From an uncultured Gemmatimonadales bacterium (GTDB lineage: Bacteria > Gemmatimonadota > Gemmatimonadetes > Longimicrobiales > RSA9): a stretch of 64,000 nt of DNA. The position numbers and the translations under genes were made by a program. Where the stretch lies: contig OY970192.1 in NCBI GenBank assembly GCA_963708135.1, positions 128,001 to 192,000 of the forward strand. The letters are read 5' to 3'. Below, piece by piece: positions 1 to 10,046 of the stretch. The notes under the pieces were generated by a model. The model was given only the letters and a program-made list of their open reading frames with translations. It did not search any database and had not been told where the DNA came from. Position 1 is the stretch's first letter, and each line of letters opens with the position of its first letter.

Positions 1-1
1 C

Positions 2-1573
2 CCGGAGGGGATCGCCTGCGCGGAGGTGCTGGAGACGGGCGAGCGGGGCGGGGCGGGGGTGAAGTACATCGTGGGCGCGGGGCTGGTAGCGGCCGCGTTC
101 AAGTTCGCGCAGACGGGGCTCCGGCTGTGGTCGGAGACGTGGGAGGCGGCCACGACGGTGGGCGGCCGGAAGAGCATCGCCTACGTCGGCACGAACCTGT
201 CCCCGGCGCTGCTGGCCGTGGGCTACATCGTGGGGCTCAACATCGCCGTGCTGGTGTTCCTCGGCGGCGCGCTCAACTGGTGGGTGGCGATCCCGATCCT
301 CACGTCGATGCACGGCGGCGTGCCGGCCGGGCAGACGGCGGCCGCCTACGCGGGAGAGCTGTGGTCCACCCAGACGCGCTACCTGGGCGTGGGCGCCATG
401 GTGGTGGGCGGGCTGTGGGCGCTGGTGCGCATGGGCGGCAGCGTGTTCGCGGGGATCCGCAGCGGCCTCGACGCGTATCGCGCGGTGCGGGAGGGCGGGG
501 CGGAGGCGCAAGCGAGGACGGAGCGCGACATGCCGATGCAATGGGTGATCGGCGCGATCGTGCTCTCGATCGTGCCTCTCTTCTTCCTCTACCACTTCCT
601 CGTCGGCCACTGGGGCATGAGCGTGGCCATGGCCGTGATCATGGTCGTGGCCGGCTTCCTCTTCTCCGCCGTGTCGGGCTACATGACCGGGCTCGTCGGC
701 TCCTCGAACAACCCGATCTCGGGCGTCACCATTGCCACGATCCTCTTCGCGTCCCTGCTGCTGCTCGTGCTCTTCGGCCGGGAAGGCGACGTCGGCCCCG
801 GCGCCGCCATCATGATCGGCGGCGTCGTCGCGTGCGCGGCGGCCATCGCGGGCGACAACCTGCACGACCTCAAGACCGGCTATCTGGTCGGCTCCACGCC
901 GTGGAAACAGCAGGTCATGCTCATCGTGGGCACGGTGGTCTCCGCGCTGGTCATCGCGCCCGTGCTCAACCTGCTGCTCGCCGCCTACGGCATCGGCCCG
1001 CAGACGCCGGCGCACCCGCAGTCGCTGACGGCGCCGCAGGCTACCCTCATGGCCGCCGTGGCGCGCGGCGTCTTCCACGGCGGCCTGCCGTGGGGGATCA
1101 TCTTCATCGGCATGGGCGTGGCCGCCGCGATCATCGTCTTCGACCTCTGGCTCGAGGCCCGGAAGGCGAGCTTCCGCGCGCCCGTCCTGGCCGTGGCCGT
1201 CGGGATCTACCTGCCCTTCGAGCTCTCCACGCCGATCCTCATCGGCGGTCTCGTGGCGTGGGCGGTCAAGCGCTCGCTCGCGCGCCGCGCCGCGACGGCG
1301 GGCGGCGCGCTCGGCGCGGCGCAAGGCGAGAGCGGCGCGGCCGCGGAGCCCGGCGTCACCACCGCCGGCGAGGTCGAGCAGCGCGGGCTGCTGCTCGCGT
1401 CCGGCTTCATCACGGGCGAGGCACTGGTCGGGATCGGGATGGCGATCCCGATCGTCATCGCGCAGCGCGCGGACGTGTTCGCCTTCTGGGGCGTGCACGA
1501 GGCGGCGTGGCCGGGGCTCGTCATCCTGGCTGTCATCGTGTACGGGCTGTACCGGGTGGGACGGGGCCGCTGA
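2..1573 (+). CDS. OPT-family oligopeptide transporter (5' truncated by window edge)
   Basis: Frame is open from base 2 (PEGIACAEVL, an OPT motif). GSSNNPISG, DLKTGYLVGSTPWKQQ and APQATLM motifs; many TM helices. Confidence 0.9.
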   Translation, partial: PEGIACAEVLETGERGGAGVKYIVGAGLVAAAFKFAQTGLRLWSETWEAATTVGGRKSIAYVGTNLSPALLAVGYIVGLNIAVLVFLGGALNWWVAIPILTSMHGGVPAGQTAAAYAGELWSTQTRYLGVGAMVVGGLWALVRMGGSVFAGIRSGLDAYRAVREGGAEAQARTERDMPMQWVIGAIVLSIVPLFFLYHFLVGHWGMSVAMAVIMVVAGFLFSAVSGYMTGLVGSSNNPISGVTIATILFASLLLLVLFGREGDVGPGAAIMIGGVVACAAAIAGDNLHDLKTGYLVGSTPWKQQVMLIVGTVVSALVIAPVLNLLLAAYGIGPQTPAHPQSLTAPQATLMAAVARGVFHGGLPWGIIFIGMGVAAAIIVFDLWLEARKASFRAPVLAVAVGIYLPFELSTPILIGGLVAWAVKRSLARRAATAGGALGAAQGESGAAAEPGVTTAGEVEQRGLLLASGFITGEALVGIGMAIPIVIAQRADVFAFWGVHEAAWPGLVILAVIVYGLYRVGRGR

Positions 1574-1632
1574 GGACGTCCTCGCATGCGCATGCGGGCA
1601 CGCATGCGTTCACCAACGAGACGGAGCGGGCG

Positions 1633-3270
1633 ATGGTGAAGGTGACGCGGACGGGCACGGGCAAAGGCACGGGGACACGCACGGGGGCACGCACACGCAC
1701 ACGGGTGCTCGTGGCGCTCGTCGGCTGCTGGATCACGGTCCGGGGGCCGGGGCCGCTCGGGGCCCAGGGGGCGGCGGACGTGCCGGCGGCGGCGGTGCAC
1801 GCGTGGGTAGGCGCGCACGAGCACGCCGTCGTCGATGAGCTCGTCAAGCTGCTGAAGCTCCCGAACGTGGCGGTGGACCAGGCGGACATCCAGCGCAACG
1901 TGACGCTCATCCGACAGATGATGGAGCGGCGGGGGATCCGGACCCGGCTGCTGGAGACGGGGCCGGGGACATCGCCGGTGATCTACGGCGAGCTGCCGTC
2001 GCCGGGGGCGCGCTCGACGCTGCTGATCTACGCGCACTATGACGGGCAGCCGGTGGACAGCGCGAAGTGGGTCGGGAGCGGACCGTTCGACCCGGTGCTC
2101 CGGGCGGGGCCGCTGGACCGCTCGCCGGACATCCTGCCCTGGCCGGCGGCGGGGCAGGCGTACGACCCGGAGTGGCGGGTGTTCGCGCGCTCGGCGTCGG
2201 ACGACAAGGCGCCGATCGTGGCGATGCTCGCGGCACTGGACGCGCTGAAGGCGGCGGGCACGCGGCCGGCGGCGAACCTGAAGTTCGTGTTCGAGGGTGA
2301 GGAGGAGGCGGGCTCGCCGCGGCTCCGGGAGACGCTGGAGAAGAACGCGGCGCTGCTCGCGGCCGACGTCGCCATCGTGGCGGACGGGCCGGTCTACCCG
2401 TCGAACGCGCCCACGCTCTCGTTCGGCGCGCGCGGGATCGTGAGCGTGCAGCTGACCGCGTACGGCCCGGCGCACCCGCTGCACAGCGGACATTACGGCA
2501 ACTGGGCGCCGAACCCGGCGGAGCGGCTGGCGGCGCTGCTGGGCTCGATGCAGGACGCGGACGGGCGGGTCGCGATCCCGGGATGGTACGACGACGTCGT
2601 ACCGCCGGGGCCGGCGGACAACGCGGCGCTGCGGGTGCTCGACGCGATGCCCGAGAACGAGGCGGAGCGCAGGTCGCTGCTGGTGGCGGCCCCCGAGGGC
2701 GGGGGCCGCAGCCGGTGGGCGATGGTGATGCTGCCGTCGCTGAACATCGATGGGTTGGCGAGTGGCTGGGTGGGCGGCGCGGCGCGGACGATCATCCCGG
2801 ACAGCGCCACGGCCAACCTGGACCTGCGGCTGGTGCCGGACGTGCTGCCGGCGGCGCAGGTGAAGCGCCTCGTCGCCTTCATCGAGAAGCGGGGCTGGAC
2901 CGTGACGGGGGACGCACCGGATGCGGCCATGCGCCTCGCCCACGACCGGCTGATCCGGGTCCAGTCGGGCGAGGGGTACCCGGCGGTGCGGACGTCGCTG
3001 GACGATCCGGCGGCGCGGGCGCTCATCGCGGCGCTGCGCACCGTAGCGGGGAAGGATCTGGTGGTGATCCCGACCATGGGCGGCAGCGTGCCGGGCTACG
3101 TCTTCCCGCGCTACACGGGCGCGACGTTCGTGGGCATGCCGATCGTGAACCCGGACAACAACCAGCACTCGCCCAACGAGAACCTGCGGCTGGGCAACCT
3201 GTTCCGCGGCGTCGAGCTGTTCGCCGCGGCCATGCGCATGCAGGTGCCCCGAAAGGCGACGCTGCCGTGA
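1633..3270 (+). CDS. M20/M25/M40-family metallopeptidase, probably exported
   Basis: YAHYDGQP, RSASDDKAP, EGEEEAGSP, HSGHYGN and NQHSPNEN motifs; hydrophobic N-terminal leader. The ATG at 1633 is my choice of start. Confidence 0.88.
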   Translation: MVKVTRTGTGKGTGTRTGARTRTRVLVALVGCWITVRGPGPLGAQGAADVPAAAVHAWVGAHEHAVVDELVKLLKLPNVAVDQADIQRNVTLIRQMMERRGIRTRLLETGPGTSPVIYGELPSPGARSTLLIYAHYDGQPVDSAKWVGSGPFDPVLRAGPLDRSPDILPWPAAGQAYDPEWRVFARSASDDKAPIVAMLAALDALKAAGTRPAANLKFVFEGEEEAGSPRLRETLEKNAALLAADVAIVADGPVYPSNAPTLSFGARGIVSVQLTAYGPAHPLHSGHYGNWAPNPAERLAALLGSMQDADGRVAIPGWYDDVVPPGPADNAALRVLDAMPENEAERRSLLVAAPEGGGRSRWAMVMLPSLNIDGLASGWVGGAARTIIPDSATANLDLRLVPDVLPAAQVKRLVAFIEKRGWTVTGDAPDAAMRLAHDRLIRVQSGEGYPAVRTSLDDPAARALIAALRTVAGKDLVVIPTMGGSVPGYVFPRYTGATFVGMPIVNPDNNQHSPNENLRLGNLFRGVELFAAAMRMQVPRKATLP

Positions 3271-4574
3271 TCAGCTCCCCCCTCGCCCTGGCCGCGGTCA
3301 TCGCGGGCGTAACGTGGCTCGGCTTCTTCCTCGAGCGGAGAGTGCCGGCGCTCTCGCGCGTGGGCGCGTCGCTGCTGATCCTGGCCATGGGCGCCATCAT
3401 CTCCAACGCGGGGCTCGCGCCGGTGAAGTCGCCGGTCTACGACGCCGTGGTCGGGCCGGTCACGTCGCTGGCGATCGTGTGGCTGCTGCTGTCGGTGCAT
3501 CTCGGCGACCTGCGGCGCGCCGGCGGCCGCATGCTCGGCGCGTTCGCGCTCTCGTGCCTGGGCACGCTGGTCGGGGCCGCCGTGGCCACGTTCGTCCTCG
3601 CCACCACCTTCGGTGACGAGACCTGGCGCCTGGCCGGCGCCTTCGTGGGCACCTACACCGGCGGCTCGGTCAACTTCGTGGCGGTGGGCCGCGGCCTCGA
3701 GATCCCGGGGACGCTGTTCGCGGGCGCGAATGCGGCGGACGCTCTGACGACCGGCATCTGGATGGGCGCGTGCCTGCTGCTGCCGATCTGGCTGAGGCGC
3801 TGGTATCCGACGCCGGTGCTGGAGGAGGAGACGCAAGGGCAAGCGCAAGGGCAAGCGCAAACGCAAACGCAAACGCAAACGCAAGCGCAAACGCAAGCGG
3901 GAGACGACCGTGCGCGGGTTGCGGCCGGCGCGGCGGGGGGGGCGGGGCTCGCCGAGATCGGCGGGGGAGCTTCGGCGGCGGTCGTGGCGGAGGCCGCGGC
4001 GGCGGGCGAGGCGGAGGCGGCGCCGGAACGGCATCCGTTCTTCGAGACGGCGCCGGTGTCGGTGCTGTCGCTCTCGTTCCTGCTGGCGCTCGGGCTGGTG
4101 CTGCTGGTGGCCGCGGGATGGCTCGGCGATCGGGTGCCGGCGGTGCCCGCCGTGCTGTGGCTGACCACGCTGGCGCTCATCGTGGGACACATCCCGGGGC
4201 TCACGCGCATGCAGGGCGCCTCGCAGCTCGGCAACCTGGCGCTGAACCTCTTCTTCGTGGTGATCGGCATCTTCTCGCGCGTGGCCGACATCCTGGCCGT
4301 GGGGGTGGCGGTCTTCTTCTTCACCGCCATCACCGTGGCCATCCACGGCCTTATCACGTTCGGCATCGGCAAGCTCGCGAAGCTCGACCTGGGCAGCCTG
4401 TCCGTGGCATCGCAGGCCGCGGTGGGCGGGCCGTCGAGCGCGCTGGCCGTGGCCGTGGCGCGGGACTGGCCGGCGCTCGTGCTGCCCGGGATCATCGTGG
4501 GGCTGCTCGGCTACGCGGTGGGGAACTATCTGGGGTTCGGGGCGGCGTACGCGTTGAGGGGGTTGCTGCACTGA
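3267..4574 (+). CDS. DUF819-family membrane protein with an inserted Gln-X repeat
   Basis: GTYTGGSVNFVAV and ASQAAVGGPSSA motifs; about 10 TM helices; GTG start overlaps the upstream TGA. Confidence 0.82.
   Translation: MISSPLALAAVIAGVTWLGFFLERRVPALSRVGASLLILAMGAIISNAGLAPVKSPVYDAVVGPVTSLAIVWLLLSVHLGDLRRAGGRMLGAFALSCLGTLVGAAVATFVLATTFGDETWRLAGAFVGTYTGGSVNFVAVGRGLEIPGTLFAGANAADALTTGIWMGACLLLPIWLRRWYPTPVLEEETQGQAQGQAQTQTQTQTQAQTQAGDDRARVAAGAAGGAGLAEIGGGASAAVVAEAAAAGEAEAAPERHPFFETAPVSVLSLSFLLALGLVLLVAAGWLGDRVPAVPAVLWLTTLALIVGHIPGLTRMQGASQLGNLALNLFFVVIGIFSRVADILAVGVAVFFFTAITVAIHGLITFGIGKLAKLDLGSLSVASQAAVGGPSSALAVAVARDWPALVLPGIIVGLLGYAVGNYLGFGAAYALRGLLH
3831..3899 (+). repeat. In-frame GCAAAC/GCAAGC/GCAAGG hexamer tract
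   Basis: Directly visible; encodes TQGQAQGQAQTQTQTQTQAQTQA. Confidence 0.9.
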
Positions 4575-4763
4575 ACGGCCGAACGCCGCGCGCGGCGCGT
4601 TCGGGCTCCGCGAGCCGCATACGGATGGTGTCCCGTCCCCGGGCCGCGGCACTGGCACGAAAACCGCACTCGCTGCCGGGCACCCACGCCTCGGGCTGGC
4701 GAGACGGGAGTCGCAGGATGGGGAGGAGCGGCATGGGAGAGTCGAGACGCCGCGGAGGCAGCC

Positions 4764-5330
4764 ATGCTGGCGCAGGTTCTCAGACGCATCGATGAGCCGG
4801 TGGCCGGCCCGGACGGCGCCGACTACGCCGCGGTGGTTTGTGGCGGCCAACGGGCGGATGGACGCTGGGAGGCGTGGCTGGAGTTCGTCCCGCGCGGCGG
4901 CGGGCTGGTGCTCCGCTCGGTGCGCGAGACCACGCAGCCCGATCTGCTGCTGCTTCAGCACTGGGCCGACCTGCTGAGCCGGATCTACGTCCAGGGGGCG
5001 CTGGAACGGACGGTGAATCTGCAGCGCCCCCGGCGCCTCGCGGCCACGGCGCCGCCGCGAACCGGGCACCCCCACTTCGACGGGCCGTGTCCGGACCCGG
5101 TGCTCGGGCAACGTCCCGCCCCGGACGACGCGGCGCTGAATCCCATTCTGCTGTACCGGCAGGGCCTCGACCAGCTGCGCGAGCGGCTGGTGAGGCTCTC
5201 CGTGTACGAGCTGCGCCTGATCGCGCGTGCCTTCCGCTTCGATCGCGAGACCGCGCTGTCCCTGAACGGGCAGTCGGCGGCGGCACTCGTCCGGCTGATC
5301 CTCACCGGCACCGCCAGGCGCATGGAGTAG
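4764..5330 (+). CDS. Hypothetical protein (188 aa)
   Basis: GGAGG RBS upstream; globular-looking sequence (GRWEAWLEFVP...RETTQPD...IYVQGALER). Confidence 0.7.
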   Translation: MLAQVLRRIDEPVAGPDGADYAAVVCGGQRADGRWEAWLEFVPRGGGLVLRSVRETTQPDLLLLQHWADLLSRIYVQGALERTVNLQRPRRLAATAPPRTGHPHFDGPCPDPVLGQRPAPDDAALNPILLYRQGLDQLRERLVRLSVYELRLIARAFRFDRETALSLNGQSAAALVRLILTGTARRME

Positions 5331-5434
5331 ACCCGTGCGGCGACGCCGCTGCCCGGGCGCCGTTTGCCCTTCAGGCGGCCGGCGGGGCCGAGGCCGGCGG
5401 TGGCGCCGACCGGGCAGCTCACTATCATTCGACC

Positions 5435-7702
5435 ATGCAACCCATTCAGCCGACGTCACCCCGGGCCGCCCCACGGCTGGCCGCGACGCGACTCGCCGCA
5501 GCGCTCCTCGCCGGTCTCGCGCTCGCCAGCGCACCGCTCCAGGCGCAGAAGAAGCCGGCGCCGCGGCGGGCGCACGCGGCCGCGCCGGCCGACACCGTCC
5601 CGACCGTGATCCCGAAACGCGGGCTGGTCATCACCCGATCGGTCCGCATCGCGCCCGGTACGTTCCGGCTTCCGGTGCCGCCGGACTCGGCGCTGCTCAC
5701 GATCCGGGGCGACGACATCACGGTGGACTTCGCGGGCGCGACGCTGGAGGGGATCCCGCCGGCTACGGACCCGGACCGGGCGGCGGGCATCGCCGTCCGG
5801 ATCGACGGCGGGACGAACGTGCGCGTCGAGCACGCGGTGATCCGCGGCTACGAGGTGGGGATTCTCGCGCGGGGGACGCGCGGGCTGGCGCTCGTCGCCA
5901 ACGACCTGAGCTACAACTGGAAGCCGCGGCTCTTCAGCGGGATCGAGCACGAGAGCCTCGTGGACTGGCTCAGCCACCACCACAACGAGAAGGATGAGTG
6001 GCTGCGCTTCGGGGCGGCGGCATACCTGGAGGACGTGCGCGGGGGCGAGCTCCGCGGCAACCGGATCGAGCAGGGGATGGAGGGGCTCATGCTCACGCGC
6101 TGCGACAGCGTGCGCATCGTGGGCAACACCATCGCGTTCAACTCGGGGGTGGGGATCGGGCTGTATCGCTCGAGCGGGAACGTGATCACCGGCAACCACG
6201 TGGACTTCAACGTGCGCGGCACGAGCCCCGGCTTCTACCTGCGCGGCCAGGACTCGGCGGACCTGCTGCTGTACGAGCAGAGCTCGGGCAACGTCGTCGC
6301 CTTCAACTCGGTGACGCACGGCGGCGACGGGCTCTTCCTGTGGGCGGGGCAGTCCACGATGGACACGGGCGCGGGCGGCGCGAACGATAACCTGTTCTAT
6401 CGCAACGACTTCAGCTATGCGCCGACGAACGCCATGGAGGCGACGTTCGCGCGCAACACGTTCCTGGAGAACCGCGCGGACGGCTCGACCTACGGCCTGT
6501 GGGGCGGCTACAGCTACGGCTCGTGGATCGTGCGCAACCACTTCGGCGGCGACCGCACGGGCGTGGCGATCGAGCACGGGCAGGAGAACGTGATCGCGGG
6601 CAACACGTTCGAGGACGACTCGACCGCGATCAACCTGTGGGCGAACCCCGTCGAGCGGTCCGACTGGGGCTACCCGAAGCACCACGACACGCGGAGCCGC
6701 GACTACCGGATCTACGACGACACGCTGCGGCGGGTGCGCGTCGGCCTCCGTGTCGCGAACACGAACGGCGTGCGCTTCGCGCGCATCGAGGCAGGCGACG
6801 TCGATACGCTCGTCGCCGGCGACACCGCGGGCGTCGCGGCGACGGACAGCGCCGTGGCGCTCCCGGACCTCACGCTGCCGGAGCCGGACTCGGCCGGGCT
6901 GGATCCCGGGAAGGACCCGCTGGCCCGCCTGCCGCGCTCGGCGATCCTCGTGGACGCGTGGGGCCCGTACGACTTCCGCTCCCCCAAGCTCTGGCCGGTG
7001 GGCGGCCCGCACGCGGTGCCGCTGCCGCTCAGGGTGCTGGGTCCGCGCGGCCTCTGGCGGGTGGTGGAGCAGCGGGGCGTGGCGTCGCTCTCCGACACCA
7101 CGGGCACCACCGGCGACACGGTGGTGGTCACGCCCGCCGAGGGGTCCGAGGGCGACTGGGCGCTCACGCTCGAGTACCGGGGCGCCGCGGTGGTCTCGCC
7201 GCGCGGAAGGACGTGGCGGAAGGGCGAGCCGGTGCGCTTCGGCTACCAGGAGTTCGAGCCGGTCCTGCCGTGGGACGTGCGCTTCTTCGCCTGGTCGGAC
7301 CACACCGACCCGCGCACGCACCCGAAGGAGTTCCAGGCGCTCATCGAGGGGAAGCCCGCCGTGGAGGTCAGGGCGCCGCGGCTGGACTACCTCTGGTACC
7401 GGCCGACGGTCGAGGGGGTGCCGCAGTCGAAGTTCGCGGTGCTCGCGCGCAGCACCGTGACGCTCGGCCCCGGCTTCTACACGCTGCGCGCGATCAGCGA
7501 CGACGCCGTGCGCGTCTGGATCGACGGCAAGCTGGCCATCAACGACTGGGCGCCCCACGAGGCGCGGGTCGACCATGCGCCGATCGGCCCCGGCGAGCAC
7601 CGGCTACGCGTGGAGTACTACCAGGTGGAGGGGTGGACGGACCTGGAGGTGGTGGTGGTCCGGGGGGTCGAGCGGTCGAGGGGCTCGCCCGGCCCGCACT
7701 AG
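5435..7702 (+). CDS. Secreted right-handed parallel beta-helix protein with C-terminal PA14 domain
   Basis: Signal peptide ending LQAQ; repeated GN-x-I/GI-x-L beta-helix units; PA14 motif ISDDAVRVWIDGKLAINDW...EYYQ. Confidence 0.8.
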   Translation: MQPIQPTSPRAAPRLAATRLAAALLAGLALASAPLQAQKKPAPRRAHAAAPADTVPTVIPKRGLVITRSVRIAPGTFRLPVPPDSALLTIRGDDITVDFAGATLEGIPPATDPDRAAGIAVRIDGGTNVRVEHAVIRGYEVGILARGTRGLALVANDLSYNWKPRLFSGIEHESLVDWLSHHHNEKDEWLRFGAAAYLEDVRGGELRGNRIEQGMEGLMLTRCDSVRIVGNTIAFNSGVGIGLYRSSGNVITGNHVDFNVRGTSPGFYLRGQDSADLLLYEQSSGNVVAFNSVTHGGDGLFLWAGQSTMDTGAGGANDNLFYRNDFSYAPTNAMEATFARNTFLENRADGSTYGLWGGYSYGSWIVRNHFGGDRTGVAIEHGQENVIAGNTFEDDSTAINLWANPVERSDWGYPKHHDTRSRDYRIYDDTLRRVRVGLRVANTNGVRFARIEAGDVDTLVAGDTAGVAATDSAVALPDLTLPEPDSAGLDPGKDPLARLPRSAILVDAWGPYDFRSPKLWPVGGPHAVPLPLRVLGPRGLWRVVEQRGVASLSDTTGTTGDTVVVTPAEGSEGDWALTLEYRGAAVVSPRGRTWRKGEPVRFGYQEFEPVLPWDVRFFAWSDHTDPRTHPKEFQALIEGKPAVEVRAPRLDYLWYRPTVEGVPQSKFAVLARSTVTLGPGFYTLRAISDDAVRVWIDGKLAINDWAPHEARVDHAPIGPGEHRLRVEYYQVEGWTDLEVVVVRGVERSRGSPGPH

Positions 7703-7864
7703 CCGCCGCCGAATTCGAGAGTGGGCGAGTGGGCGAGTGGGGGCGCGGCGGCCCTCGCGGCTCGCCGCGGAGCCCCGGGCGCGGAGCGGCTCGCCGCGTG
7801 CGCGCTCTCCCTCTCCCTCTCCCTCTGCTCACCCCAATCCCAATCCACACCCTCCCCCTCCCCC

Positions 7865-8644
7865 TCACCCTCCCTCGCCCACGCCCTTCCCCTCTCCCTT
7901 CGGAGGGCGAGGGCGGATGTAGCGGATGGCCATGATGACCAGCACGACCGAGAAGACGATCCGCAGCGTCGGCGCGGGGAGGCCGAGCGCGGTATGCCCG
8001 CCCAGGAGTGAGCCGAGGACGATCCCGGCCAGGAGTCCGGGCAGGAGGCCGTGGCGGACGCGGCCGGCGCGGTGGTGGATCAGGCTGCCGGTGATGCCAG
8101 CGGGGACCATGGCGGCGAGAGAAGTGCCCTGGGCGATGTGCTGGTCGAGGCCGACGAGGAGGGCGAGGACGGGGACGAGCAGCACGCCGCCGCCGATACC
8201 GAGCAGGCCCGAGAGCGTCCCCACGATGAGGCCGGTCGCGAGCAGCACGGCCAGGGCGAAGGGGGTGGGGAGCGGCGGGATCGCCGGCAGGTACGATTTG
8301 AGGGGGAGCAGCACGGCCGCGAACAGCAGGAAGGTGCCGAACCCCCGCCGGAGCGAGGCCGCGGAGACACGCCCGGCGTAGTCCGCGGCGATCTGCGCGG
8401 CGGCGACGGACCCGACGGAGATCATGAAGGCGGCGCGCCAGTCCACGGCGTCGCCGGTGGCATAGACCCAGCTGCCGACGAGGCCGGTGAAGACGACGGC
8501 CGAGAGGCTGGTGCCGTGGGCCTCGTGCTGACTGACGTGAGCCCAGCCGGTGAGAAGCGGGACCATGATGACGCCGCCGCCGAGCCCGACCAGCCCGCCG
8601 AAGAAGCCCGCGGCGAGCCCGATGAGGAGAGGGAGCAGGATCAT
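7865..8644 (-). CDS. tauE: TSUP/TauE-SafE sulfite exporter
   Basis: Duplicated GLVGLGGGVIMVP / GLLGIGGGVLLVP and AHGTSL / AQGTSL motifs; about 8 TM helices. Confidence 0.9.
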   Translation of the reverse strand: MILLPLLIGLAAGFFGGLVGLGGGVIMVPLLTGWAHVSQHEAHGTSLSAVVFTGLVGSWVYATGDAVDWRAAFMISVGSVAAAQIAADYAGRVSAASLRRGFGTFLLFAAVLLPLKSYLPAIPPLPTPFALAVLLATGLIVGTLSGLLGIGGGVLLVPVLALLVGLDQHIAQGTSLAAMVPAGITGSLIHHRAGRVRHGLLPGLLAGIVLGSLLGGHTALGLPAPTLRIVFSVVLVIMAIRYIRPRPPKGEGKGVGEGG

Positions 8645-9261
8645 GCCTGCGGCGCGGCGCCCTTCTCGACCGCGTAGCCGCGGGCGAGCCAGTCGGTCAT
8701 CCCGCCGAGCACGAGGCGGACCTCGCGGCCGTCGCGCTGCAGGAGCGAGGCGAGGGCGGCGCTGCGCACCTCGTCGCCGCAGATGACGGCGAGCGGCCGG
8801 CCCGGCGGTACCGTGGCCGTCTTCCCCCACGCCTCGGTGTAGGGGAGCAGCGCGGCGCCCGGGATGTGGCCGTACCTGTACTCGAAGGGCTCGCGCGCGT
8901 CGACGACCAGCACGTCCGGGAGGTGGCTCTCGAGCTCGTCCACGGAGATCGGCTCGATGGCGGCCGTGGGCAGGCCAGCCGCGGTCCAGGCGGCGAGGCC
9001 GCCCTCGAGTTGGCCGCGCACGTCGTAGCCGGCGTCGGTCAGGATGCGGGCGGCGATTTTCGCGATCGGCTGCGGCTCTGCGTGGATGACGAGCGGCACG
9101 TCCTTCGGCAGCATCATCTCGGTGCGCTCGGCCAGGTCGGCCCGGTTGAACTGGAGGTTCACCGCGCCGGGGATGTGCGCTGCCGCGAAGGGGCGGGGCG
9201 TGCGCAGATCGATGAGCAGCGCGCCGTCCTCCACGGCGGCGTGGACGTCTGCGGGACTCAT
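8641..9261 (-). CDS. Tandem rhodanese-domain sulfurtransferase (pseudo-domain plus active domain)
   Basis: IDLR..HIPGA and VDAREPFEY..GHIPGA motifs; only the second domain has an active-site Cys (VICGDEVRS). Confidence 0.88.
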   Translation of the reverse strand: MSPADVHAAVEDGALLIDLRTPRPFAAAHIPGAVNLQFNRADLAERTEMMLPKDVPLVIHAEPQPIAKIAARILTDAGYDVRGQLEGGLAAWTAAGLPTAAIEPISVDELESHLPDVLVVDAREPFEYRYGHIPGAALLPYTEAWGKTATVPPGRPLAVICGDEVRSAALASLLQRDGREVRLVLGGMTDWLARGYAVEKGAAPQA

Positions 9262-10046
9262 GCGGGCACCTCCTGGCCGGGGGCGGGGAGTCCGAGGTTG
9301 GCGGCCTTGATGCGCTCGAAGTCCTTGGGGAACGGCTTGGCCGACTCCTTCACGAACGCGGCGAAGCTCTCGGCGTCCGGCTGGCGCATGGCCAGGTTGA
9401 AGCGGCGCTCGAAGCCAATGGTGGAGCTGACCTTGCCGCTCATGTTGACGCCGCCGCAGGCGGAGGCGCCGTAGTGGTTCGGGTAGATCTCGACGTGGTC
9501 GGGGAGCGAGAACAGCTTGCCGCGGATGGACTCCCACTGGGTGCGCGCCCGCTCGCCCTGGTCGATCATGTCGATGGCCTGGTCGCCGAGCAGAAGATCG
9601 GGGCGGCCGACGTCGCCGACGAAGAGCGAGTCGCCGGTGAGCACGAGCCACGGCTCGTCGGTGCGGGCGTGGTCGGTCACCAGGAAGGCGGTATGCTCGG
9701 GCGTGTGGCCGGGCGTGTGGACCGCCTTGACCTCGACCTCGCCGATGCGCAGCGCCTGGCCGTCCTCGAGCGGCGTGAACGGATACTTCACGGGCGCCGA
9801 GGCGTGCAGGTAGTGCGGGGCGCCCGCCATCTCGGCGAGCTCGCGCGCGCAGGAGATGAAGTCCGCGTGCACGTGCGTCTCGAGCACGCCGACGATGGCC
9901 AGGTTGAGGTCCGCGGCCTCCAGCACGTAGAACTCGGTGCCGAGGTTGGCGATCGGATCCACGACGAGGCCCTCCTTCGCGCGCATGCAGCCGATGATGT
10001 AGGAGGCCTGCGCCAGCGGCTCGTAGCGGATCTGCTTGAAGATCAC
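9258..10046 (-). CDS. MBL-fold persulfide dioxygenase-like protein (CstB type)
   Basis: ETHVHADF, HTPGHTPEH, TGDSLFVGDVGRPDL and YPNHYGASACG...STIGFERRFN motifs. Confidence 0.85.
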   Translation of the reverse strand: MIFKQIRYEPLAQASYIIGCMRAKEGLVVDPIANLGTEFYVLEAADLNLAIVGVLETHVHADFISCARELAEMAGAPHYLHASAPVKYPFTPLEDGQALRIGEVEVKAVHTPGHTPEHTAFLVTDHARTDEPWLVLTGDSLFVGDVGRPDLLLGDQAIDMIDQGERARTQWESIRGKLFSLPDHVEIYPNHYGASACGGVNMSGKVSSTIGFERRFNLAMRQPDAESFAAFVKESAKPFPKDFERIKAANLGLPAPGQEVPA

